NCBI GenBank assembly: GCA_963811575.1
Contig: CAWERY010000015.1
Location: 8,325-72,324 of the forward strand
DNA: 64,000 nt
Reading direction: 5' to 3'
DNA from: an uncultured Solibacteraceae bacterium
GTDB lineage: Bacteria > Acidobacteriota > Terriglobia > Bryobacterales > Bryobacteraceae
Part shown: positions 20,308-31,514 of the stretch, one piece after another
How positions within the stretch are numbered: position 1 is the first letter of the stretch
Layout: every line of letters starts with the position of its first letter
Made by a program: the position numbers and the translations under genes
The notes under the pieces: generated by a model
What the model saw: only the letters and a program-made list of their open reading frames with translations
What the model was told of the DNA's origin: nothing
Database searches by the model: none

Positions 20308-21959
20308 AGCCGCGGTATGCGCTGCCCGCGGTGTTTGCAGGGTGCGGGCTGCTGCTGGCCAACTGGCCGCAGGCAGCGGGGCCGGACGGCAACTGGCGGG
20401 TGCGAGGCAAGGCTCCGATTGACTGGAGCGTATCGCTCGATCAGAATATCGCCTGGCGCACGCGCGCTTGCCGAACGGAGGGCAGAGCGGCATCGCGGTA
20501 TGGGGCGACCGGCTCTTCCTGACTACGTTCGACGAATTTCATGCGGGGGACTCCAAGTTCAGCGGATCGATCCTGGGACATTGCCTGGACGCTACGACTG
20601 GCAAAGTACTTTGGACCGTAAAGTTGCAGGGCCGGTCAAGAGCCCGATGATGTACGCGTACAGCGACTCGACCTCTCCCAGCCCGGCGACGGATGGCCGG
20701 TACGTTTACTTCTTCAACTCGAGCGGGGAGATGGGCGCGTGGGATTTCGAGGGCAAGGAAATCTGGCGGCGGCAGTACACGCCGTGGGGCGAACCGTATC
20801 CGTTCAACAAACAGCACGAGCCGATTCTGTACGGCGACACGATTCTGAACGTGGAGCCGCTGGATGGAAACCCCGCGGAGAAGCGCGGCTGGAACTACCT
20901 GCGCGGGATCGACAAGCACACCGGCAAGACGCTCTGGATTGCGGAAGACGGGACCACGGCGTACACGACCTCGGTGTTCGGCATGTTGAGCGGGAAGCCG
21001 GCGGTGCTGACGGCGCGGGGCGGATGGCACGATGTTCCGGAGCGTCCGGTGGGCCTCTCGCTGCTCAGCCTGGCGCCGGGCGAAGCGGGCAAATCGCTGT
21101 GGCGATGGGCGGCGCCGACGGATCAGGACGGCAAGCTTCTGGCGGAGCCCGGGTCGCTGGCGGCGCCGACGTGGCAGGCGCTCTACACGATGCATTGGGA
21201 CGACCACTACGCATACTGGTTCAAGTTGAATCCGGAGGAATCGCACCTGGTGTTCGATTCGCATACCGGGAAGCTGCTGCGCGAGCAATCGCTGATTCGC
21301 GATGTGGATTACCGGCAGTGGGACCCGGCGAAGGCGGCGTACCTGGTGCATCGCGGGGTGAATCTGCGCGAGATGACGGAGCTTTCGCCGCGCAACCGGT
21401 TAGCGCCGGGAGAAGTATGCGCGTGATGCCGGCGTGGCACGCCAACATCGCAATCGACGGCTACCATTATTTCCTGACGACCACCGCGCACCGCCGGAAT
21501 ACCGTGCCTCCGAAGGGGAAGGCCGGACCTTCGCACTGCATTGCGCGGGTGAATGTGGAGACGGGAAAGGTGGAGTACCTGGAAGTTCCCGTGACGGTAA
21601 TACGGAAGCCAGGGGTGGCGGAGAAGCGGATTTACGGCGTGCCGGTGGCGACGAGCACGGTGAATTCGCGAGGGCAGGACGTAGGGGCGGAGGAGCGTTC
21701 GCGCACCGACGGCTGGGAGATTCCGGCGTTCTGGGGCAGCCCGATTGCGGTCAACGACGCCATCTACTTCACGACCATGCCGGGCATCACGTACGTGGTG
21801 AACGCCAAGGCGAAGGTGCTGGACGAAAGCGCGGTGGTTGCGATCAACGACCTTGGCCCCTCGGGAGAGACATGGACGCTGAATACGCCGAGCGTTTCCG
21901 GCGGCCGCCTGTATCATCGAACTTTGAAGGAAGTAATTTGTATCGGGAAGCCTCTATGA
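20304..21959 (+). pseudogene. secreted PQQ-like/BamB-like beta-propeller repeat protein, three frame breaks
   Basis: Signal peptide MKPRYALPAVFAGCGLLLA. Propeller repeats (GIAVWGDRLFLTT, LDATTGKVLWTV, GIDKHTGKTLWIAEDG). The sequence is followed through frames 0>2>1>0, with breaks at ~20466, ~20631 and ~21395-21425. Confidence 0.75.
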
Positions 21960-22787
21960 TGATCGACGCGCATCACCATTTATGGAAGTACAGTGCGGCC
22001 GAGTACGGCTGGATCAGTCCGGAGATGCGAGTCATCAAGCGCGACTTCCTGCCGGAGAATCTGGAAGAGCTGATGCACTATTTCGGCATCGAGGGCACGG
22101 TGGCGGTGCAGGCCCGGCAGTCTTTGGAGGAGACCGACTGGCTGCTGGGGCTGGCGGGCAAACACCCGTTGATCCGCGGCGTGGTGGGTTGGGTTCCGCT
22201 GACGGAAGGGGCCGGAGTGAAGAAGCACCTGGAGAGATTGGCGGCCAATAAGCGGCTGCGCGGCGTGCGGCACGTGATTCAGGACGAGGCCGACCCGCGC
22301 TACATCCTGCGCAAGGACTTCAACGAGGGGGTGCGGGAACTGCGCGGGTTCGGGCTGCGGTACGACGTGCTGGTTTTCGAGCGTCAACTTCCGGCGGCGA
22401 TCGAGTTCGTGGACCGGCATCCCAACCAGACGTTCATTTTGGATCACGTTGCGAAGCCGCGGATTAAAGACAAAGTCATGGCGCCGTGGGACCGCAATAT
22501 TCGCGAGCTGGCGAAGCGGCAGAACGTGTACTGCAAGCTTTCGGGCATGGTGACGGAAGCCGACCCGCAGCGCTGGACGCCGGAAGGGCTGCAGCCGTAC
22601 ATCGATGTGGTGCTGGGGGCGTTCGGCCCGCAAGCGGCTGATGTACGGATCCGACTGGCCGGTGATGCTGCTGGCGGGCGATTACGCGCGCTGGTTCGGG
22701 ACGGTGCAGAACGCGATCGGCAAACTATCGAAGGCGGAGCAGGAGCGGATCATGGGCGGCACGGCGGCGGAAGCGTACGGGATCTAA
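21956..22787 (+). pseudogene. amidohydrolase-2 family metal-dependent hydrolase (lactonase-like), frame broken once (~22629)
   Basis: MMIDAHHHLW N-terminus. The ATG overlaps the previous stop (ATGA). ...VVLGAFGP continues in the +1 frame as KRLMYGSDWPVMLL...GGTAAEAYGI. Confidence 0.8.
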
Positions 22788-22814
22788 CGGCGCGCGAGTT
22801 GGTTCGTCCGGCGG

Positions 22815-23858
22815 GTGAAGCACTACAATCGAATGCAGAGGTTTTCCATGAGAATCCGCTTCCTCCCGTTCCTGATTCTTTGCTGTGTGCTGCCGGCGCA
22901 GACCAAGAAGGTCATCGCGAACCTGCCGCCCGACATGCTGAAGGAACTGGCTGCCACGGCTCCCAACGTACGCATCGTGGCGGCGCGCGGAGCGGATCTC
23001 GCCAAGGAAATCGAGGATGCGGATGCGATGGTCGGCGTGTCGCTGACGCCGGAATTATTTCAGCACGCGCGCCAGTTGAAGTGGCTTCATATCGCGAGCG
23101 CGGGGGTGGAGACTCACGGGCGTTCCATCGGCCTGTTTCCGGCGCTGGTGAACAGCAGTGTGGTGGTGACCAATGCGAAGAACGTGTACGGTCCGCAGAT
23201 CGCGGATCACGCGTTCGCGTTCCTGCTGGCGTTGACGCGCAAGCTGAACGTGACGATTCCCCGGCAGCAGACGGAGGAATGGCCGGCGGGCCGAGACGGC
23301 ATGTTCGAGCTCAACGGGAAGACGGCGGTGATCATCGGAGTGGGAGGCATAGGCAGCCAGATCGCGCAGCGCGCGCATGGTTTCGGGATGAAGGTAATCG
23401 GCGTAGACATTCGCGATATCCCGACGAACAACATGATTCAGCGCGTGGTGCCGCCGGATCAGTTGGATGCGGTGCTGCCGGAAGCCGATGTGGTGTTTGT
23501 ATCGGTACCGCATACCGCGAAGAGCGAAGGGATGATGGGGGCGCGCGAGTTTGAACTGATGAAGAAGGGATCTTACTTCATTGCGATGTCGCGCGGCAAA
23601 ATTTACGATCACCAGGCGCTGGTGAAAGCGCTCGACACGCGGCGGCTGGCGGGCGTGGGGCTGGATGCAACGGACCCGGAACCGCTGCCAAAGGGGCACC
23701 CGCTGTGGAAGTTTCCGAATGTGATCATCACCCCGCACGTCTCCGGCGGTTCGGACAATCTGGAATCGCGGCTGAATAATCTGGTGAAGGAGAATATCCG
23801 CCGTTTCGGAGCGGGATTGCCGCTGCTCAATGTGGTGGACAAGAAGGAAGGCTTCTAG
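22815..23858 (+). CDS. D-isomer-specific 2-hydroxyacid dehydrogenase (NAD-binding)
   Basis: Rossmann motif GVGGIGSQIAQRA, catalytic R/E/H region (MSRG...DATDPEP...PHVSG). The start is uncertain: ATG 22815, ATG 22848 or GTG 22887. Confidence 0.85.
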   Translation: MKHYNRMQRFSMRIRFLPFLILCCVLPAQTKKVIANLPPDMLKELAATAPNVRIVAARGADLAKEIEDADAMVGVSLTPELFQHARQLKWLHIASAGVETHGRSIGLFPALVNSSVVVTNAKNVYGPQIADHAFAFLLALTRKLNVTIPRQQTEEWPAGRDGMFELNGKTAVIIGVGGIGSQIAQRAHGFGMKVIGVDIRDIPTNNMIQRVVPPDQLDAVLPEADVVFVSVPHTAKSEGMMGAREFELMKKGSYFIAMSRGKIYDHQALVKALDTRRLAGVGLDATDPEPLPKGHPLWKFPNVIITPHVSGGSDNLESRLNNLVKENIRRFGAGLPLLNVVDKKEGF

Positions 23859-23895
23859 CCGAGGATCGGCCACCACATCCCGGCGACGGCAACTA

Positions 23896-24853
23896 TCAAT
23901 CGAATTTCACGCTGAGGCCAACCATCAGGGTATTGCCTTGGAGCAGATTGGTAACGGCAAACTCCGGCACCCAGCGGATTTGAACGGTCACGCCGGGATT
24001 CTTAGGGCGGGCAACATAGAGCGCCATTGGGCCCCGCGCCCCAGGCCCGACCCTCAAAGCCATGGAGCAGGTCAGCCACGGGGCCTGTGTCATTCGTGAT
24101 CTGGGTGACGTTGGAGACGATGGCTCCGAAGCCGAATCTGTCGGAGGAGAGATACTTCACCAGCATTCCATCCCAATGGAAGACGGTGCCGCTGGTGTAG
24201 CGGGTCTGCCGGTTTTGGGAATAGATATCGAAGCCGACGAAATTGTCGAGTTCTAGCCGGTGCTTCTGCCAGATCAGAGTGTGGGCGATGTTCGGCATGA
24301 CGGTCCACTCTCCCATCCCGGTGTTGGAGAGATTTCCGGGAGTGAAGGCACCGGTGGGGGCAAAGATCATGGTGCTGATCGCAAGATGGTTGGTTTCAGT
24401 AAAGTGAATGCCGACCGTGAGAGGCGAGAAGAATATGTCGCCCAGACCGGAGTTTGCGTTCTGCCGCTGAAGAATCGAATTACTGGTCTGAAGGTTCGCG
24501 GAGGCACCCAGCCAGTTTACTGGCGCGGCAAAAGAGGAAGAGAGACTTACCTTGGTGGTTTCGGTTTTGTAAACGTATTGCGGTAACAAATAATTCACGC
24601 TGGTATCGCCGGAGAGATCGGTAAAGATCGTGCCGGCAACCGGCACCTGGTGCGTCCCGGAAAGGGTGCCCATGTAACCGATGGGCATCATGGTGAAACT
24701 GGCGCCGGGAGCTGGCCCGATGACGCCGGCGCGGGGCATAACCCAGATGCCCGGCACAGTTCTACCCAACGCACCCTCTACAGCCAATGCCGGCCACACA
24801 CTCAGGGTGAGTGAAGCGCCGAGGAGGATTGTGAATCTCAGTTGCATTCTCAT
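23896..24853 (-). pseudogene. outer-membrane beta-barrel of the MetA-pathway/phenol-degradation-like transporter family, frame broken once (~24028)
   Basis: Signal peptide MRMQLRFTILLGASLTLSVWPALA and alternating beta-strand pattern. ...FEGRAWGAGP continues in another frame as MALYVARPKNPGVTVQIRWVPEFAVTNLLQGNTLMVGLSVKFD. Confidence 0.65.
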
Positions 24854-25012
24854 AAGGGGTCCGAAGGTTCGAGTCAGATATCTGGGAAAACGTGATTCCA
24901 GGAGCGGGCGGCGGGGTGTATTCTTTTTGGGCAATACGGCACGATGCCGATGCGCGCAGAGGGGGAGTGGCTACCGTCTATAATGACTTGGTGAACTTCG
25001 GGCCATGGGTGA

Positions 25013-26600
25013 TTGGCGGTACGGTCGGCCACGCAGAGGCGTAGGGAGCACAATTCGCTAACGGCATTGCTGGTGGCGGCGCTCATTCTTTCCACGGCCT
25101 GCTCCAGGGAAAAACCCAAAGCGGCCGAAATGAAGTCGACCGAAGAGCTGCTGGAAGACCTTTCGAACGAGAACAACGATCAACTCCGGCTGGCGGCGGT
25201 GCGCCGTTTTGGCGTGATCCAGGGTCCCGTGGCGATACAAGCCTTGACGGTTGCCTTAAAGGACTCTTCGGCACGAGTGCAGCTTGCCGCGGCGGAGGCT
25301 TTGGGGGAATTGAAAGATCCCCACGCAGCGGACGTTTTGTGGAAGTGTACGAACGAACCAACTTACTCCCTGACGCTGCGCTTTGCCTGTGCGCGCACGA
25401 TGGCGAAGTTGGGCGATGCGCGCGCCGTAGAGCCCTTAGTCGGGGCGCTGCCGCGCTCTCGCACCGACGCGGCAGCGGCGCTGGTGAAGCTTGGACCCAA
25501 GGCCGTGCCTCCGTTAATTGAGGCCTTGCATGCCGCGCCGACACGGCCTTACGCTTCGGCGGTGCTGGTGTCGATTAAGGGTGCGGCGATCGATCCACTG
25601 ATTGAAGTGGTCCGCAACGATTCCAGCAAGTATGCCCGGCTGTCCGCCGCGGCAACGCTCGCCGAGATGGAAGACGAACGGACAGAAGGAACGCTGGACG
25701 GACTATTGAAAACTGGCGGGCCAGAGGAAACGGCCGCAGTCTACCGGTTTGTGATCCGCAAGGGCAGAGCGGGATCCGAACCCCGATTGCTGCAGGCGCT
25801 GGAAACATACGGCACGCGAGAGATGGCGGAAGACTTCAATTCCTCGGGGAATCCGGTGCTGCAAACGGCGGGCGCCGAGTGGGGCCGTAAGCGGAACGAT
25901 CTGATGGCGACGCGTTCCTCGGAGTTATCGCCGGTGTACTGGGCGGGAGTGGATCCCCGCGTCAAGCGGCTCGCTCTTTTTCATTTCGACGATTCGTTGG
26001 TGAGCACGACAGGTAGCTCTCCGTTGCAAGCCTCGGGCGCAACTTTCGTGCCCGGGAAGTGGGGATCTGCGTTGTCGGTGGGCAAGGGCGGCATCCTTAA
26101 ATATGCGGTGAACGGCAATCTCGACATGCGCGACGGCACGATTGAGATGTGGGTACGGCCGGAGGTGGATGGCGTCGGACCCGGTCTATACAAAGTACAA
26201 CCATGCGCTGGTGTGGTATCAGTCCGCGTCCAGTGAGCAGTTCCTGGTTTCCGAAGCGACGTTTGCGGGCTTCTATGGCGGTACGGTGGTGCAAAAGAAG
26301 TTCGCGGGCGCGGGCGGCGGCAATATCAAGGATTGGAAAGCTGGGACGTGGCACCACGTGGCGTTCACCTATTCCTCGAAGGCAGGGCGGCAGAGATTTT
26401 ATATCGACGGAGCGCAGATAGCGGAAACGAATGCGGCCATGCCCTTGCCGGGCCGGGACGCGGCCGCCTTTTGCGTAGCGTGCGACTCCTATGGCGATAC
26501 GACCGCGTTCCAGATCGACGAGTTGATGATTTTCAATTCGGAGCTCGACGCCGGCGCAATCCGGCGCGAGGCGTCGCGGACACAGCCGACCGGCAAGTGA
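25013..26600 (+). pseudogene. lipoprotein with HEAT-like repeats and C-terminal LamG/concanavalin-like domain, frame broken once (~26173)
   Basis: Lipobox LILSTAC. Repeated AA.ALGELKD..AV..L HEAT-type units. C-terminal ...GTIEMWVRPEVDG continues in the +1 frame as SDPVYTKYNHALVWYQ...WHHVAFTY...FYIDG...IDELMIFN (LamG-like). Confidence 0.65.
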
Positions 26601-26739
26601 GTTAGTGGGACTCCCCGGCGGGCGTCACTACGTCCGGGGCATCTAAATCCGGTCGAGCCCCTGAGGACGGGCCTGGGTCAAATGAGCGAGCTCGTTCGAA
26701 CACGGGGCGGGAAGAAGCCGTGTGATATAAGAGTTGCAG

Positions 26740-28673
26740 ATGTGGAAGGCGATTATTGGTTTGTGGGCCGCGTCCGCAGCCGCGGCGATCGCACAGGATT
26801 TACTGCCGGCGCAACTCTTCCGGGATATCCGCATGGTGGTGTACGAGTTGCCGGAGTTCACGGGCCGCGGCGGATTGCTTACGCGGGTTGGAAGAGTCGC
26901 TGAAGCGAAATTTTCCGCGGGCGGAAGTGATCAACGCGGGCGGGTTGCCTGACGACGCATTGCGCGAGAAGCTGCAAGGTCCATTCCTTTTGATCAGCTC
27001 GCTCGACGGGCGTGCACGCATTTTGCGGCTGGCGGCGAAACCGCTGCCGCTGCGCATCGACGATGCATCTCTGGCGTGGCGCGACATTGCTGTGCCGGTG
27101 AAAGAAGCGATGATCTTCTTCATCGGAAAGAACCCTTACGGCAGCGGTTATTGCATGGTGATGGCGGCGGGCAACCCGGAGCTGCTGAGTGCGATGGACG
27201 CGGGGCGCTCCACGTACTTGCTGGCGCAGGGGAAGGCGGTGGTGGAGCGCGGCAATTACGGAGCGGACTTCGTGGTGCGGGATCCGAACCGGATACCGAT
27301 AGCCGATGCAAAGGCGGATGCCGCGCAGTTTTTCAGCACGCTGGAACGGATGCATCCCAACCTGAATGCGAGTGTGAGCGCGGCGGAATACGAACTGCTC
27401 AAACGCCAAACCACGAGCGATGTGCAGGCAATGGCCAAGGACGGACTGGTGCGGATTCGCGATCTGGCGTGGGTGCTACGGTACGCGGCGGGGCGATTCC
27501 ACGAGGGGCACCTCATGGTGCAGTGGCGGGTGGAGCCGGACGCCTACGCGGCGCGCGAAACGCGGTTTCCGCCGTTCTGGCTGGATGCGGAGAATGGACG
27601 CTACCGGATCACGGCGTCCACGCTGGCGGGACTGGCGGGGATGGAACTGACGGGTGTGAATGGCAAGAGCATGGATGAGTTTGCCGAGCCCGATACTGGA
27701 CCGCTGCGCGGGCGAGACGATGGCGTTTCGGGCCACCGGATTTACGGCGAGCCAGGCGTTCTGGTTCTGGTTTAGCGACGTTCTGGGCCAAGCGGCGTCG
27801 TGCAGAATCAAAGTGCGCAGCCGGGACGGAGTGGAGACGGAGCATACGCTGGAGACGTTGCGTTTCGCGGAGTATCAGAAGCTCAAGCCAGCCGTAGGCG
27901 CGCGGCAGACCGGGCCGCAGACGGCGGGCGGGACGCGCGTGGAGTTTTTTGACGGCGGGAAGATCGCACGGTTAATCTATCCGAGTTTTCGTTTTGGCGA
28001 TGGCGAGAAGAAGCAGATCGACGAGGTCTTCCGGCGCATACGGGAGGCGCGCAGCGAGAGCCTGCTGATCGACCTGCGGGGCAACGGGGGCGGCGACAGC
28101 CGGATGGGCGACTACCTTTTCCATTACTTTCACGAGGGAGCGCTGGAGCAGGAGCGAGGGGCGCGCGTCCGGGTGAGCCGCGAGCTTTTCGATGCGATGA
28201 AGCAGGGCGGTATCGAGATGCCGGCGGAGGCTGGGCGGCTGCTGGAAGCTTACGAGGGCAAGACGGTGGCGGCCGGCGAATTAGAGAAGATGGCGGGCTA
28301 TGCGGAGGCGGTGCTGCCCAAGCCGGAGAATTTTTTCACGGGCCGGGTGGTGCTGCTGACGAGCAACTACACGTTCTCCTCCGCGGCGATGTTTGCCGCC
28401 GCGTTTCGCGATTACGGGCTGGGAACGATTGTGGGGCTTGAGACCGGCGGAGTGCCGGCGCATTTCGGGCAAGCGCCCACGATGCGGCTGGCGCACAGCG
28501 GGATTGGTTTCCAGGCGCCGACGGCGCAGTATTTTCCGGTGAAGTCGCGGGACGGGGACAACCGGCGCGGCGTGCTGCCGGATATCGCGATCACGGAGAA
28601 GATGTGGGCGGCGTACGGGGGAGAATTGGATCCGGTGCTGGCGGCGGCACTGGCGGAGGTGAGGGGGAAGTGA
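26740..28673 (+). pseudogene. secreted S41-family (tail-specific/CTP-like) peptidase, two frame breaks
   Basis: Signal peptide MWKAIIGLWAASAAAAIA. S41 core LIDLRGNGGGDS and VVLLTSNYTFSSAAMFAAAFRDYGLGTIVGLETGG. Frames 1>2>0, with breaks at ~26865-26890 and ~27694. Confidence 0.75.
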
Positions 28674-28731
28674 CAGGCGTCTCCGTCGTCAGCGCGCCGA
28701 AGGCACGATTCGCCGGAACCTGACAGGTCGA

Positions 28732-30036
28732 TTAAGTAGCCTCACGCGACAGGGGTAGCAGTGTGGGCTTGACCGGTTGGCCGTCCGGTAGAGTACGCAA
28801 CGAAATTCCAGCAACTTCGAGAGATGGTGACGCGCCTCCCACGTCCAAGTGGACACGTGCGTTGGCGTCGTCGCTGGTGGGTGTGAATTCCAACTCGAAA
28901 TCCCTCCATTCCGTGATCAGTGCGATGGATTGGTACAGGCCTAGTCCGGTCCAGGGCGCATGGGCCGCGGCGAAGCCGACGTCAATTGTCCGAGGCTCGT
29001 CGGCGCGGGCGCGAAAGCTCACAGCGTATCGCTGTCCGGCTGTCACCGGGTGATACGGCAGGTTGATTTGTATCTGGGACTCGGCCCCGGCGCCTAGCTC
29101 GTCGATTGCGAGGCGAATCGAATTGGGAAGGCCGGACGCAAGCAGTCGCGCGTGGTTTCCTTCGTCCAACCGGAGTTGAATCCTCGCGTCCTCAACGGCA
29201 CGGCATAGCAAGTTCCAAACCGCGGGATCGGTGATGTTTCGAAGGCGCAAATAGGTCGCAAACCAGTTGAGAAAGTATCCGCGAACGGCGTTGTAGTCCC
29301 CCCTCTCCGCGCTGGCCGCATCACAGGAATCAGCGTGAATCCGGTACTTGTCCCATTGTTCGCCGCACACGAAAACGGCCGTGTGAAGATAGATCTTCAC
29401 CAGGAAAGCCTGGTCGTCGTAGAGCTGGAGAATACCCCGAAAATGTTCCTCGAAGCCGCCGACCATGTCGACGACATGACGGCGCACCAGGAAATCGGAA
29501 GGCGGCGGTGTGGTCGCGGGACCGAGCGGATATAGTTTCGAAAGAAGGGACGGCGGATCGAATAAGGTATCCGCCGGGATGCCTGGATCCGGCACGTGGT
29601 CTCGGGTGGCATCCTCCGGGTCTCCCGTCCAGCTATACCAGTAAAGGCTGGCTCCGTAGATCATCCCCGCTTCCGGGTAGCTCTTCATCAAGGCGACCTG
29701 CCGTTCCAATTTGTACGGCAGCCAAACGTCGTCCGAATCTAGGAAAGCCACCAATTGCCCCCGCCCATGCCTAATGCCAAGATTGCGTGACGCGGACATG
29801 CCCCGGTTGCAGTGGGACTCGTGCTCCAGGTAAGCGATGCGCCCAGAAAAGCGGGAAGCATAGGACTGTGCGATTTGGGTACTGGAATCGGAGGAGCCGT
29901 CGTCTACCAGCATCAATTCCCAAGAATCGAAGGTCTGGTTGATGATGCTCTCAATTGCTTCCCGAATGTATTTTTCCCCATTCAGAAAAATCATCACGAC
30001 GGAAACAAGCGGTTCCGCCACGGGCTGGGGCGGCAT
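28732..30036 (-). CDS. family-2 glycosyltransferase with C-terminal CenC/CBM4_9-like beta-sandwich module
   Basis: GT2 motifs VSVVMIFLNGEKY, LVDDGSSD, FLDSDD. The C-terminal 115 aa (28792-29139) are paralogous to modules in three neighbouring genes. Confidence 0.85.
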   Translation of the reverse strand: MPPQPVAEPLVSVVMIFLNGEKYIREAIESIINQTFDSWELMLVDDGSSDSSTQIAQSYASRFSGRIAYLEHESHCNRGMSASRNLGIRHGRGQLVAFLDSDDVWLPYKLERQVALMKSYPEAGMIYGASLYWYSWTGDPEDATRDHVPDPGIPADTLFDPPSLLSKLYPLGPATTPPPSDFLVRRHVVDMVGGFEEHFRGILQLYDDQAFLVKIYLHTAVFVCGEQWDKYRIHADSCDAASAERGDYNAVRGYFLNWFATYLRLRNITDPAVWNLLCRAVEDARIQLRLDEGNHARLLASGLPNSIRLAIDELGAGAESQIQINLPYHPVTAGQRYAVSFRARADEPRTIDVGFAAAHAPWTGLGLYQSIALITEWRDFELEFTPTSDDANARVHLDVGGASPSLEVAGISLRTLPDGQPVKPTLLPLSREAT

Positions 30037-30038
30037 TG

Positions 30039-31514
30039 CTATATCTCCCGTTCACGGGCATCCGGATGGAGGACGACTGCGGACACCTCTACGGAAGTGG
30101 AATCGCCTCCGGCATCGAAATGGATGCGTGCGTCACCATCACTCGCAGTGGGCACCAGCGGAATGCGAAAGGTGCGCCATTCGGAGTCGATGTCGACTAC
30201 AGAATACAAGCCGAGTCCGCACCACGGTTCATGAGCTTGGGCAAACCCGACCGCGAACTTTCGGGGAGCATCCGCGCGGGCCCGAAAAGAAATGTCGTGA
30301 GCGCATCCCGATATGACGGCGAATCCGGGAAGGTTCAGTTGAATATCATAGGCGGTTGAAGTCTGCAGAGCATCGATCTGGATCCGCACGTGATCCGGAC
30401 TTCCGTCTGGAAATCGCAGGTAGGCCACATTACCTCCGGCGACTCGCAGGTCCCACTTGCCGCGGATCAAAACCGGCCTGCCCCCGCCATGGTTTGACGG
30501 CGCCCACGCGGCGGATTCTCGCGAGCCCTCAAGCCACCCCTGCAAGTGCGCGTAGAATTCATCCCTACCCCAGTTACACACCTGTGCCCGGGGAAGCTGA
30601 AAGCGGTCTGCGTCGCGATCGACCGGGCCAGCGACAGTGGCGCAGGCGCACTGAAAACCGCAGCGGCGAACCAACTCCACAGAATCAGCGTTGTTCGCGC
30701 CGTATGGGTAGGCGAAGCTCAACACCGGGCGGTGCAACTCCGCCTCGAGCCGCTCCTTGCAAACCGCGATTTCTGACAGTTGCTGTTCCACACTCAGCTC
30801 GGGCAGCGCGGGATGCGTGACCGTGTGCGCTCCGATTTCGATGAGTTCTCCTGCCGCCAGTTCGGTCAGCTCCGCGGTCGAGAGTCCGCGGTAATCCTCG
30901 CGAGAACGGGCGGAGAGGTTCGCCCATGCATAGAGGGAATCGAGAATCTGAAGGCGTTCCGCGTCGGGCAGCAACTGTAGCAGGCGCCAGAGAGAGGCGT
31001 AAAGAAAATGCCTGGCCGTAGGCGGCTCTTCGTCCGCCTTCCAGGATTGGTAACTTTGCGAGTCGGCAACGGTGTATTCCTGCGCTTCCGTTAGCTCCCA
31101 ACGATGGCTATTACCCTTGATGGAAAGAGAGAGCTCGGGGGGAAGTGGGCCCGGCTCAAGAAAGATCCGGCCCAACGCGTCCCACCAGAGTTCACGCTTC
31201 GAGCCCAGAAATCCGGTGGTTACGAACACCGTGGCAGGAATGCCGTGGCGTTGGAGCAAGGGCTTCGCGGCAAGCAGGTTGCTGGCATAACCGTCATCGA
31301 ACGTGATCGCGACCGAACGCGGCTGCAGTTCGCGAGCGATGACGGCGCGATTGAGCTGCTGCAAGGACAAAGGGTGCGCGTGCTCTTTCAGTACCTCGAG
31401 ATGCGCAGCGAAGTTCGCGGGAGAGACGCTCGACGAAAATGGGTCAGGGCGCCCTTCGCAGACGTGGTGATACATGAGGATCAGGCCTGCCGGAGCCGCG
31501 GCGTTCGCGCTCAC
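30039..31514 (-). CDS. polysaccharide deacetylase (NodB/CE4-like) with C-terminal CenC/CBM4_9-like module
   Basis: NodB-type motifs ITFDDGY and GAHTVTHP...L. C-terminal YDIQLN...FRARADAPR...GFAQAHEPWCGLGLY...EWRTF...DARIHFDAGG (30066-30455). Confidence 0.8.
   Translation of the reverse strand: MSANAAAPAGLILMYHHVCEGRPDPFSSSVSPANFAAHLEVLKEHAHPLSLQQLNRAVIARELQPRSVAITFDDGYASNLLAAKPLLQRHGIPATVFVTTGFLGSKRELWWDALGRIFLEPGPLPPELSLSIKGNSHRWELTEAQEYTVADSQSYQSWKADEEPPTARHFLYASLWRLLQLLPDAERLQILDSLYAWANLSARSREDYRGLSTAELTELAAGELIEIGAHTVTHPALPELSVEQQLSEIAVCKERLEAELHRPVLSFAYPYGANNADSVELVRRCGFQCACATVAGPVDRDADRFQLPRAQVCNWGRDEFYAHLQGWLEGSRESAAWAPSNHGGGRPVLIRGKWDLRVAGGNVAYLRFPDGSPDHVRIQIDALQTSTAYDIQLNLPGFAVISGCAHDISFRARADAPRKFAVGFAQAHEPWCGLGLYSVVDIDSEWRTFRIPLVPTASDGDARIHFDAGGDSTSVEVSAVVLHPDAREREI

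Noticed and set aside
22815-22890. Apparent signal peptide (FLPFLILCCVLPAQ) on an NAD-dependent 2-hydroxyacid dehydrogenase
   Set aside because: An in-frame GTG at 22887 would give a normal cytoplasmic N-terminus (MLPAQTKKVIANL...). The hydrophobic stretch may simply be untranslated leader, so it is not strong enough to claim a periplasmic dehydrogenase.
21434-23554. 706-aa ORF read as a single protein
   Set aside because: It is a composite. Its first part is out of frame over the propeller gene, its middle is the real amidohydrolase (from 21956), and after ~22629 it is an out-of-frame read-through across the dehydrogenase gene.
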